A stretch of DNA of 64,000 nt from Eledone cirrhosa (Eukaryota). Under the pieces are notes generated by a model. The model worked only from the letters and a program-made list of their open reading frames with translations. It was not told where the DNA came from and made no database searches. The stretch covers positions 276,024,001-276,088,000 of the forward strand of contig OZ024742.1 of NCBI GenBank assembly GCA_964016885.1, written 5' to 3'. A program made the position numbers and the translations under genes. Within the stretch, counting starts at the first letter, position 1; each line of letters begins with the position of its first letter. Shown piece after piece: positions 12,806-25,914 of the stretch.

Positions 12806-14148
<1,343 letters not shown>

Positions 14149-14155
<7 letters not shown>

Positions 14156-14675
14156 GATGGAAGCTACGGAGTAGGCAGATCCACAAAAACCTGGGACGAC
14201 TTGATAAATTCCGACCTTACACACTTACACCTCTTCAAGACAATGTCACTAACCGAGATCTTTGGCACTATGCAGTAATACAGAAGACCCGCCTTGCCTA
14301 AGTACAAAGCGAAACCTACAGTCAGTAGGCACCTCCTAACCAAAAATACACCCCCCATCCCTCTACCCCTACCCCCACCCTCCCTCTGTAAGGTTATGTT
14401 GGTATCATAACATCCAGTCCTAAATAAATGAGGTCGTGTAGGTGTCACAACAAAAAACACACAGTCCACGCTGTAATGTGGCCGTGTAGGTAACACGGTA
14501 AAAACCTCCCAGTCCACACTGTAAACGTGGTTGGTGTTAGGAAGGGCATCCAGCCGTTGAAAACCCGCCAGACAGTCCTATACGAGCAAGACAACCAATC
14601 TTGCCTCAAGTGGGACAATTCCCGTCTAAACCCATGCTAGCGTGGAAGATAGACGTTAAACGATGATGATGATGA
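14149..14675 (+). mobile_element. RTE LINE 3' end
   Basis: KIDGSYGVGRSTKTWDDLINSDL, 3' UTR and (GAT)n; embedded in (TA)n. Confidence 0.9.
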
Positions 14676-14877
14676 TATATATATATATATATATATACAC
14701 AGTTCAAGAGTAACCAATCTTAAAGAGAGAGATGGAGATAGGAGAGGAGATAGGAGAGGAGAGATTGGTGAATTAGTTAGAAGCCAAAGCGTAAAGGCAT
14801 GTGCTCAATGTGCAATATGCAGTAGAAAGCAGCTAGGTGGCTGGGTTCATGCAGAAGTTAGGCGCGCAGAGCTGGAA

Positions 14878-15372
14878 ATATTCATTAGTTAAGCGAAACA
14901 AGGCCACAAAGTTCATAAGGAAGACATTATTAAAAGATAGTCAGCATATTTTAGTTTGATGGAAGGAATGTAGAGAATAATAATAATAATATTAATAATA
15001 ATAATGTCCGTTTACAATTGTTTCGCTACTCCATATAATATTTCTGGATCAGATGACTATATATCATTATTGATCTGGTTCAGCTGAAAATAATTAACAT
15101 ATTTAAAAATATTAACATATTTTAAATATGTTAATTATTTTCAACTGAACCAGATCAATAATGATATATAGTCATCTGATCCAGAAATATTATATGGAGT
15201 AGCGAAACAATTGTAAACGGACATCATTGGTGCCAAAAGTAGAAACAATTATTATTAATATTATTATTATTATTCTCTACATTTTCCTTACATCAAACTA
15301 AAATATGGTGACTATCTTTTAATAATGTCTTCCTTATGAAATTTGTGGCCTTGTTTCCTTAACTAATGAATA
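14878..15372. repeat. About 500-bp palindrome with a hammerhead 3' half; Penelope pLTR-like
   Basis: Arms symmetric about 15110; right arm has CGAAAC-AATT-GTA-AACGGAC (15203-15222) and a ~25-bp SINE-tail insert (about 15225-15249). Confidence 0.85.
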
Positions 15373-15424
15373 CTATATTTAACTATATATATATATTGTT
15401 AAATATAGTACCTCCTTCAGTTAA

Positions 15425-15632
15425 CCCTTTAACATTTAAAACGGCCATATCTGGCCAGAGTTATCTCACCTCTTTCTGTTCAAACCGGCCGTAACTTGCT
15501 ACTTATACTGATGTTAAGGTATTGTTCTCAAAATAAATAATATCAAAATCTCATAGATTCAATATTATGTGAGTTTAAGCCTTTACTGCGAAAACATAAT
15601 AGTAAATATAGAGTAACGTAAATGCTAAAGGG
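15425..15632. mobile_element. piggyBac-type MITE, family A
   Basis: TTAA-CCCTTTAACATTTA...TAAATGCTAAAGGG-TTAA. Confidence 0.9.
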
Positions 15633-16480
15633 TTAAAAATAGGTATATTGTATCACTCTCTGTTAATCAAAGTCATAGAGTACCTCACTGTGTCAAATAT
15701 ATGTTAATATATCCATTGTGGAAACACTGCCTGTGTTGAAATATCTAGTAAACTATTTAGCAATTAATACTGTAACAAAAAAAAAAATTTAAGTGCCGCC
15801 ACACAGGTACATATATACAAACAGATACATACATATATGCACACACAAATAATAATCATCATTTTAACAGCTGCTTTTTTAAGCTGGCATGCCCCAACCC
15901 ACTAAGACCTCATATAATGTGTATGTGTATATGAATGTATGTGAGTGTGTACATATATATGTATGTCAACATACACACACATTATATAACATATACCCTC
16001 TCATTATCACCCAGACCATGCATTAGACTAATTAGATATGTGAGACACACAGACAACATACTGTTGAATGATTAGGGAGTCAGGGAGGGAGGAGTATACA
16101 AGGAGGTCAAGGAGGTGGTATGTACTCTAATTAAGGATATTTAAATGTAACCCCTTTATTTTAATTACAGGTTGTAAGTGGAGCCCTTCATACACATATA
16201 CTTTCTTTTCTTAACATTTTCATGAGCATATTTCTTATGAAATACATCTTATGACAATTAATTAGGTGGTGAATTGGCAGAGACATTAGAATATCAATTT
16301 AAATGTCATGCAGTATTTGGTCTAGCACTCTGCACACTATGTTCAAATCCCACTGGTATCAACTTTGCTTTTTATCCTTTTGGGGGTCATAGTAGTTCAG
16401 GGTTCAGTTGAACAGCGGAATTGTTAAAGAGAATACTTTGGTGTCTGAGCTCATTCTGTGGGTTCTGAATTCAAATCCTA

Positions 16481-16672
16481 CCTCCTTCTGCCATGAGTTG
16501 TGACTGACAGATAGTGTCAGCAATGGAAAGATCAATGTAACCACTGTTTCATTGGTCTGATCTGACAATCAGCTCCTTCCTTCTGCTAGGAGTTGTGACT
16601 GACAGATAGTATCAGTAATGGAAAGACAAATGGAAACATTGTTTCCTTGGTCCGATCTGATCATCAGCTCCT
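16481..16672. repeat. Tandem duplication, about 96-bp unit x2
   Basis: CCTTCTGC..GAGTTGTGACTGACAGATAGT.TCAG.AATGGAAAGA...ATCAGCTCCTT occurs twice. Confidence 0.9.
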
Positions 16673-16905
16673 TTCATTTTTCTTTTGACTTAAATTAATT
16701 CATAAAGAATTTGGAGTGATAAAGTATTAATTATTTCATAATTAGGGGGTGAATTGGCAGAGTTGTTTGAACGTCAGATAGACTGCTTTGTGGTATTCAA
16801 GCAGTTTTCCAATGTCTACAGTACAAGGAGTGGAAAGACCACAAATTAGAATAGTACTCAATGCATGGAGGGGTGCAGAGTGGGTATATTAATAAAGTAA
16901 ATTCG

Positions 16906-16951
16906 ACTCAAACAGTTTCAGCTTGTAATCTATTCAAGCTTCTTCAGAAGT
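16906..16951 (-). ncRNA. Degenerate type I minimal hammerhead motif
   Basis: Minus strand ACTT-CTGAAGA-AGCTTG-(9)-CAAGCT-GAAAC-TGTTT-GAGT: perfect 6-bp stem II, damaged stem III. Confidence 0.55.
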
Positions 16952-18099
16952 GATACACCCACCAACATACCCACTATTATATCATCATTATCATATCTGT
17001 ATAGTTCATTAAGCGTGATGTAGTGTTCGTGGCATTCCCAACACCAATACTGTGACACTAAGAGAGTTCTTCCCATTTTTGAATACCTGTGTTCTTCTCT
17101 TCTGAAGTCTCACAGTGCTCCAGAATATTCAAGGAATGTCCCAGCAGATGATATGGAATGCAGGGAGACTGAAGCCTGGGAATTGATTGACTGTAGGTGT
17201 TGGTAGTGGGATTGTTGGTGTTAGTGTTAGTGATAGAGGTGATGTATTAGTGTTGTTGTTTTAGTGATGATGGTGGTAGTTGTTTAGCCTATTCCAGCTG
17301 TGACCATCCAGTCTTTCTTCTTGCACGGAGAACCAAGTCTTTTTTTAAAGAACAAGACAATAGGGTATGATTTGAGGGAGATTTAGCTGCTGTTTCAAGT
17401 AGGCCTAGCTACCATATGGAGGTCTTCTCCATTGGCTAATATATATATATACACACACATCATACATGCATGCAAACACATACACTATAATTTAAGTGAG
17501 ATTTGGATGCTACTTTTAACAGACTACTTGATACATACATAAGATAGTAAGGGCTCCAGTTTGAGGGAGGTTTGGCTGTTATTTCAAACAGTTCTACCAA
17601 CTATGTGGAGGTCTCCCTGCTTTATGCAGGTGGTGGCAAGGAGTCTATGCAATGTGGTGTTTGAGGTGTGGAGGAGAAGAGACAAGAGTGTTAACAGTTT
17701 GTGTGTAGTGAAAGGTTGGTCAGAGGTGTGTGTTGGTGATGGTGGTGTTAGTGGGGGAAGCCCAGAAGTGTGGCAATGGCTCCAGGGAGGTTGTGGGGAG
17801 GGAGTAATAACAGGAGGTGGAGTGGGAGTGGAGAGCAATTATATTGAAAGGGGTGGATAACATGAGATGGAGAAGGCAAAGGATGTGCAAGTTTGGTGTT
17901 TGTGTGGTGGTGAGAGGAGGTGACAGATATGTTGAAAAGGGCAGGTTAATAGAGGGTGGCTATAGGAGGGGGTGGTAGAATATTAGAAGTGGAGAGGTGA
18001 GGTGAGAGAGGATGTGTAAATGTGATATTTCTGTGTTTTCTCTAAAATACTTTCATAGTGAACTAAATTTCAGCTTTAATATTAGTTAATATTAATCAA

Positions 18100-18720
18100 T
18101 AGTACAAAATGGCAAAAACATTACCGCAGAAAATGGCCAGGGACACCCACTGCAACAGTCACCCCACCTCACATGGCTCCCTCCCCAAGTAGGCCACAGT
18201 CTACTTGAGGAAATCAGTTTATTTATGGAGGCAATCAGCAGTGTGGGGCTCAAGGATGTTAGAGGTCTCAACTGAGACTGGTGCAAAGAGGAAGAAGTCG
18301 GTCAGGTCCTGGTATTTGACTATCTTCCTCTCCTCCACATTGCAGGCAACAAGGTTGGAGGCAGAGAATGAGTTGCTGGAAGCCACGTCCCAAATTAGAG
18401 ATTCGCTCCCGTCGAAAGGGAAGAAGGTTAATCTTTCGGGACGTTTGTGAAGGGAAACCGGCTGCGCCAAGGCTCCTTCTGATGATGATGTTGAGAAAAT
18501 GTGATGTGATGGAGAAGCCATCCTGCACTGAGGAAGCAAGATAGTAGGTGTAGATTGAACTCATTAACCACTGCTCCACAACGGCATCTGTGTGGTTTGC
18601 ATAGTGGAGGTCAAAGCTATGTGCTACTCCAATGTGGGTGCACTTCTCATCAAGAAGGGTACCCATTGATGAGGAAAGCACCGAATGGAGTCAAGCACCA
18701 CAGTTTGGTTGCATGGGGGA
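18100..18720 (-). mobile_element. CRE-like non-LTR retrotransposon relic (zinc knuckle plus restriction-like endonuclease)
   Basis: KRPERLTFFPFDGSESLIWDVA...EERKIVKYQDL..FLFAPVSVET resembles RPDG.T..PW..G..L.WD.T...K..KY...F.P.A.ET; upstream GTLLD...IGVA...H.LNIIIRRSL; downstream VSLAIFCGNVFAIL. Confidence 0.75.
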
Positions 18721-18759
18721 GTGTAGACAGGTGAGATGGTGTTGGTCTGAGGGAGACTT

Positions 18760-19395
18760 GATCAGAATGTCCTCTGCTGTCACTGCCCATGTTTCACTAC
18801 AGTGCAGTATTGCACTTCCCGCACAGGTGTCATACAGTCATCTTTTTGTACATAGGGAGAAACCTTCTGTTGTCTACAGTAGGATTAGCTCTCTAAACTT
18901 CTTCCATCCTATCCTTATTCTACCTATTATACTCTCAGAGCACTCTCCTCTGCTGTTAATTAAAATCACTTAGATAGCAGAAGCTCTCAACCACTTCTAT
19001 GGATCCTTCATTTGATTAGAAAAGGTTTATTTGCATCTTCTACATCAGTCTTCCTTCCTGTTAGTCTACCTGTTATCCCACTACATCTCTTGTGTATCCA
19101 AGATTTACATTGTGAACATCATATAGAGTTTATGCAAACACCATTTCTACATATTGAACAAGTCACTTCCCAGGGGGAATCAGGATTCTATCTTCTTTCC
19201 TACCTACTAGTACTTTAGTTTTGGTTAAGTTTACTCTCAGACCTTTTAATTTCAAGTTCTGTTTCCATAGTCAGAACTTATTCTCTAGTTCTTTTATGGA
19301 TTCAGTTATAAGGACCAGATCATCCACATAGAGAAGTTTCCATGAACAGTCCAGTCTTAAACTTCTCTGCTATGGCCTGGAGATCTATGATGTAT
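18760..19395 (-). mobile_element. RTE LINE, decayed RT fragment
   Basis: Antisense match to the LQAI.E.FKTG..LLY.DD through ETWAV.AED region. Confidence 0.8.
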
Positions 19396-19397
19396 AG

Positions 19398-20673
19398 CAA
19401 TGGGCCAATGCACAAGAGCAGTAAAGTGTTCACAGGAAACAAGCTCTATCAAATGCTCAGAGACTTCCATAGAAGTAGTTAACAGTTTCTGTTACTTGGG
19501 TGACCATATTAACAGTAGAGGCATTAACAGTTTCTGTTACTTGGGTGACCATATTAGCAGTAGAGGCAGGTGTTTTGAAAGTACAATCGTCAGAATAAGA
19601 ACAGAATGGAAAAGATTCAGGGAGCCTCTACCACTGCTAGCTACAAAAGGTTTTTTCCCTCAAAATGAAGGGCAGATTGTATGATGCTTGCATATGAACA
19701 TCAATACTGGATGGTAGTGAGACCTGGGCACTAAATGCAGAGAACCTACAGTAATTGGAAAGCAATAAAGCTCCGCTGAATGTGTACTAGTAACATACAT
19801 GAACGGCAAAGTATAAATGAGCTGAGAGAGAAAGTGAGCATTAGAAGGATCAGATGCAGTGTGCAGGAGAGGAGATTTCAATAGTATGGTCATGTGATAC
19901 ATATGGAGGATGATAGCTGTATAAAAAGGTGTAGCATGCTCGATTTTGAAGGAAACTATGGAAGAGGAAGACCTAGGAAAGCTTGGGATGAAGTTATAAA
20001 AGCTAAATTTTCACAATTAAACCTCTCAAAGGCAATGGACACAGAATTGAGATATCTGGTGATTTGCAGTACAGCAAAAGACCCATCTTCCCATGTGCCC
20101 AAGAGGAAGCAAATATCTAGAGGACATTAGTCTGCACCAAATCTCCTCTCTCCCTTCCATACACTTCCCACATCTTAACACTCCCTTTCACCTCCTTCAC
20201 CAGCTAAGTACCCCACCTTAGACCTACCTCTCCAATCCCCATCCTGTATATACACACACACCCTCCTGATATACCTTCCTGTCCAACCCATGCATAGAAG
20301 CATGGAAAGTTGGACATGCTCTCCCAGATTACTGCTGAAATGGCAAAAAGCACTTAGTCCATCCTGTAAGGTGACCATGCTGGTGACAACAAAAAGCACC
20401 CAGTCCACCCTGTAAGGTGGTCATGTTAATAACACGAAGACAAAATATCCAGTCCAACCTGAAAGTTGATCCATGTTGTACCACAATATAAAGTACCCAG
20501 TCCATGCTGTAATGTGGTTAGCATTAGAAAGAGTATCCAGCCATGGCAACCAAGCCAGAAACAGTTCTGTATGAACATGAGATGGCCACTTTATCTGACT
20601 AGTCTCACAATAGGACAACTCATCTAACCCATGCTAGCATGGAAGATAGATGTTAAACAGTGATGATGATGAT
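19398..20673 (+). mobile_element. RTE LINE, decayed 3' part (same subfamily as 1-1633)
   Basis: IEVVNSFCYLG (with a 45-bp tandem duplication), GRGRPRKAWDEVIKA, 3' UTR repeats, (GAT)n tail. Confidence 0.88.
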
Positions 20674-22129
20674 ATGAACAGATATGGTATATTATTAGGC
20701 CTGGAATCAGAGGGTAGCCAATATGAAGTATGTCTTGGGCATTTAATACCTGGTAAAGCTCAACCATCTCCATTTCTAAACACAGATGATTTCTTCGAAA
20801 GAGAGTGAAATGAGGAAAAGAGTATTTAACTGGTGTTTTATTGATCCCAAAGGAATGAAGGGTAAAGATGATCTCAGCAAGATTTGAACTAGGAATGCAG
20901 AGAGAGAGAGAATGAATACAGCAATATATCTTATCCGACGTTCTAAAGACACTGCCAATTTGCTATCTTACAGAAGGGTGTATATATATATATACCCTGA
21001 TGAGTATTGCAAACAACTATTACCAAGGTATGCAGTCAGCAGCTGAGATATATGTGTCTGTAACACTCATGTCAAAAATATCCACCCATAATTCATTAGT
21101 TTACTGGGGTATCATTTGAAATTGCTTACAGATGGAACCATCACAAATGCATGAAACAGTGTGATGTCCGAAGTTTACACCCTTAATTACTTACTTGGGT
21201 ACTGGAGTACTTACAATTGTTACTGACAGTCGCAGACAATAGTACATTCCACCAGCAGCACTACCACTAATAGTAATACAACTATTACTGCCACTACTAC
21301 CAGTGAGATAGATGAAATTAGTCCATTGTATTGTGAAGGTAGAGCCAGGTTGGAAAGTTTCAGTGACACATCATATAGTTGAGATGGCTGTGTGTATGTG
21401 TGGGGGGAGTAATTAACTAACTAGCTATACATATGTGTATATATATATATACAAGTGTATGTATGTATGAATAAGTTTTCACAATTTGAAAGGTTATTGA
21501 AAATAAACCCACCATGATAAATCTCTCTTTACCAAGGTTAAAATAAAGGACTTTCATTGGTTGAAGTAAGGCACATGAATAACCTGTGTGGGTGAGTGAG
21601 TGAGTGTGTGAGTATGCTGTGTGACAGTGAGTGAATGTATGTCTGAGTGTATAAATATATGTGTATGTGTGAATATATATTTATGTGTATGTTTGGCACT
21701 ACAGAAGTTAGGACACACTAAATAACCAGTCAGAATACCTCCCCACTGACACAGAACTCAAGACTATGCATAATGAAGGGCATCCAGTTGTAGAAATTGT
21801 GTCAAAATGAAACATACTAGTGGGAGACTAAGACAGTGAAAATCCACCAAATCCTTGCTAGCTTGTAAAGCATATTTAAAAATAAAGATAATGATAATAT
21901 ATTACTGTGAGATGCAATGGTTCCACTTCTTATCTTTGACCTTTTCTTTTTCTTCCAAGAATTGTGTGATTGTAAGGGAAGGAGGAGAGTCTGTGGCTAA
22001 TAGACCAGCCACTAGATATGACAACATCAAATACTAGTAAGTGTGATAAAGAGGGACAGGATGATGATGACCACGTACACCATCACTAAACAACCATTAA
22101 CACTTGTAGTGGTGGTGGTAGTGGTGGTG

Positions 22130-22174
<45 letters not shown>

Positions 22175-22397
22175 CTTCCTGGTGATATTTACATTGGTAT
22201 TAAAGAAGTCTTTCAATTTAGTGGTGGTGTCAGGTGACTATATAATGATGAGAGGGTGTCATTAAAGATGTGAGCTACAATTTGAGGGAATGCAGTGTCA
22301 CTTTACCAATGAATATCCATTGTGGAGATGAGATCATCTTATCAGAGAAGGGTCATTAAAGATATACAATTTGGAGAGTCACCTTACCAACGAAGTT

Positions 22398-22532
22398 ATG
22401 TGGCCTAGTGGTTACAGTGTTAGGCTTATGACTATAACATTGTGAGTTGAATTCTTGGACTGGGCAATACTTTGTCTACTTGAACAAGACACTTCATTTC
22501 ACATTGCTCCAGTGAATTCAGCTGAAAATAAA
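22398..22532 (+). mobile_element. Decayed CORE-type SINE head (others at about 23330-23455 minus, 45365-45515, 60800-60905)
   Basis: GTGGCCTAGTGGTTA...TTGAACAAGACACTTCATTTCACATTGCTCCAG. Confidence 0.7.
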
Positions 22533-22687
22533 TGCCACCAGCAACAATTGTGAGTTAATCCCTGAAATGCACTGTCAGTTGCTTAATGCTTAACGAACCT
22601 TAGGGCTAGGGTAACATCTTAAAGTTTAACTTACAAATGGAAGGGTCATATTAGACATGAGCTGCAATTTTTATCAATGAATTTACA

Positions 22688-23150
22688 TTAACCCTTCCGT
22701 TACCATATTTCTAAAGAAAGACACTATGTATGTCATTAACCCTTGCATTACCATATATCTAATGAAAGACACTGTGTATGTCATTAATGCTTTCGTTACC
22801 ATATATCTAAAGAAAGACACTGTATGTCATTAACCCTTTCATTACCATATTTCTAATGAAAGACACTGCCTATGATTTTCAAATCATTTTGAAAATAAGA
22901 ATATAACTAACTTTCTCATTAAGTTGATGTTTGGGACATAACTTAACAAACATTCTTACATTTTAACCTTTCTGTTACCATATTTCCACTGAATGACATT
23001 GTGTATGGTTTACAAACAATTTTGAAAATAATCACAAATTTAAAGGAATTTAATAATAGAACTAAGTTTCTTGTAATTAAACTGGTGTTTCGAACATAAC
23101 TTAACAAAGGTTCCTATGATGGAAGGTTTTTTAAATAAATATAAACACTG
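22688..23150. mobile_element. piggyBac-type MITE family B fragments with tandemly repeated terminus
   Basis: TTAACCCTTYCRTTACCATATTTCTAA.GAAAGACACT occurs 4 times at a 46-48-bp period; same family at about 34287-34475, 45804-46023, 54950-55205 and 57058-57512. Confidence 0.7.
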
Positions 23151-24398
23151 ATCTAACCAATTCCAGATTACCTGATACTTTAATAAGCTATTAAAATTGT
23201 GTCTCAAAATAAGAGGCTCATCAGATCAGAGCTTCATCTAGTTCAATGTGGCATTAAGTAACTGAAGGTATAGGACTTCCTCTGGGACAGGGCATAAATC
23301 TGGCACAAGGTTAATCACCAGCTGTTGCTGGTATATATCTTTATCAGATGAATAGAGTGGAGGGTAAAATGAAGTTTCTTGTTGAAGAAGACAATATGCT
23401 GCTTGGTTCAAGAATCGAACCCATGATCATATGATCATGAGACCCTGGCTGCACACCTTCACTTCATTAATAAATATAATGAACAACCGAAGTGTTCTAT
23501 GCCAGCATTGAAAAGTGGCCATAAAAATGATGATGAAATTATGAAAATAATGATGACGATGATGATAGTTAACGATGACAATGACGATTGTGATAATCGT
23601 GATGACAACAGCAGCATTCTAAAATACATGAGAAAAATTCTACTAACCTTGATGACAATGGTTATCAAACTTCCCAGCATGCATCACTTACCTGGAAAAG
23701 GAAAAATAAGATATTAAAATAAGTCCAAACAAATGAGATTATCGAAGGGAGAAAAAGAAAAAAGGAGGATTGAGAGGAAGAACATATTAGAAATTAATTA
23801 TATTTATCAGGTGAGGTTATCATGTAACAAGATGTTGTTGAGATGTCTGTCTAGTAGATGGTTTCTGGAAGTTGGAATGGCTGCTAAGATGGCTACACAG
23901 GATTTATCATCTACATATCTGTGTGGTTAAGGAGTTTGCAACTATGTGGTTTCGGGTTCAGTCCTACAGCATGGCACCATGGGCAAGTGTCTTCTTCTAT
24001 AGTTTTTGGTTGACCAATACCTTGTAAGTGAAATTTAGCAGACAGCAACTGTAGAAGTTCAAGTGGTTGGTAATAGAGAGGGCATCCAACTATAGAGACC
24101 ATGCCAAACCAAAACATAAGCAAGACCTGGCTCCCAAGCCACCAGTGAGAGGATAGTAACTCCGATTAAGTACTAACTTGGTTCGTGTCAACCTGTCCAA
24201 CCACATCAGTATGGTAAACCAGTAGTTAAATGATGATGATGATGTGTGTGTGTGTGTGTGTGTGTCTGGGTTTGTGTTTACATTGTCACCTGTTTCTGTG
24301 TTTAGGTCCTGTAACTTAGCTGTTCAACAAAAAGAAATCAATAAAGTAAGTACCAGTCTTGAACAAATAAATACTGGATTTGATATGATCAACATTAA

Positions 24399-24833
24399 CC
24401 CTTTAGCATTTAAACTGGCCATATCTGGCCAGAATTCTCTCACCTCTTTCTGTTCCAACTGGCCATAACCGGCTGCTCATACTTATGTTAACCCTTTAGC
24501 ATTCACATTACTCTATATATATTATTATATTTTCATGGTAAAGGCTTTACCTCGCATAATTATCTCACATAATATCGAATCTATGAGATTTTGAAAATAT
24601 TTATTTTGAGAACAATACTGTAACATCAGTTTCAGCGACCAGTTACAGCCAGTTTCAAAAGAAAAAGATAGAGAATTTTGGCCGGTTTGAACATTAAAGG
24701 GTTAAGGTATTGTTCTCAAAATAAATAATATCAAAATCTTGTAGATTCTATATAATGTGATATAATTATGCGAAATAAGGTGTTTACTGCGAAAACACAA
24801 TAGTAAATATAGAGTAATGTAAATGCTAAAGGG
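24399..24833. mobile_element. piggyBac-type MITE family A with a second copy (24492-24701) nested in opposite orientation
   Basis: TTAA at 24395, 24488, 24702 and 24834; the empty site ATGTTAAGGTATTG is seen in the 15425 copy. Confidence 0.92.
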
Positions 24834-25148
24834 TTAACTCTTAATATTCTGTATCACATGAAACCACATGAGCAAGATTTTCTTGAAAAGTACAAAACAG
24901 CACTGTGACTACATCACATTAAAAATTATTGAGGTTGTTACTTTCATAGGAAGAGCAGCAAACGATAGAAACCAAGCCAAAAACAGAACATAGGAGCAAG
25001 ATATGGTTACTGTGATAACCCACCTAACTCATGCAAGCATAGAAAATAGTTGTCAAATGATCATAATGATGATGATGATAAACTGTCCACTGGTAAAGAC
25101 TTACAAACTTTTGAATTAACAAACTGGTTTTTAAATATTCCCTATTAA

Positions 25149-25359
25149 CACTTTAGTATTTACATTACTCTATATATACTATTATATTTTCATGGTAAAG
25201 GCTTTACCTCACACAATTATCTCTCATAATAATGAATCTACGAGATTTTGATGTTATTTATTTTGAGAACAATACCTAAACATCAGTATGAGTGGCCCAT
25301 TATGGCTGGTTTGAACAGAAAGAGGTGAGAGAATTCTGGCCAATTTAGATGCTAAACGG
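25149..25359. mobile_element. piggyBac-type MITE, family A
   Basis: TTAA flanks, degenerate termini, internal match to family A. Confidence 0.85.
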
Positions 25360-25710
25360 TTAAATCATTATAGGATATTAAAAGATATGGCAGTACCTCA
25401 GCATCAGCAGAGTCGAATGACTGAAACAAATAAAAGAATCAAATAAAAAAAACTATATGTATATATATATCATCATCATCATTTTACGTCCGCTTTTCCC
25501 TGCTTGCATAAAGACCCAAGTTTGATTCCACTGTGTGGAATCTTGGGCAAGTATCTTTAATATAACTGCCAGTAAACAGAAGCCTTGTGAGTGAAATTGG
25601 TTACAGAGACAGACACTTGAGGAAACCTCTCAAATGGATTATATCTATAATTCAAAAATTCAATCTTGTCACACATTGTGTCAGACTGATTTGGCTTAGG
25701 ATTACTTTAT

Positions 25711-25914
25711 TCCTTTAACATTTACATTACTCTATATTTACTATTATATTTTCATGGTAAACACTTGATCTCACATAATATCGAATCTCCGAGATATTGA
25801 TATTTATTTTGAGGACAGTACCTCTACATAAGTACGAGCAGCTGGTTATGGCAGTTTGAACAGAAAGAGGTGAGAGAATTGTGGCTGGGTACAGCCAGTT
25901 TAAATGCTAAAGGG
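25711..25914. mobile_element. piggyBac-type MITE, family A, inserted in a SINE
   Basis: Family A internal sequence; the flanks rejoin to a sequence like 44230-44310. Confidence 0.8.

Noticed and set aside
18760-20673. Twin-priming inversion of a single RTE
   Set aside because: The two opposed fragments overlap in RT coverage and differ in sequence, so they are more likely separate copies.
20994-21165. CTGATGA core (also 12054 minus, 23219 minus, 58926 minus)
   Set aside because: No GAAA strand with stems in register.
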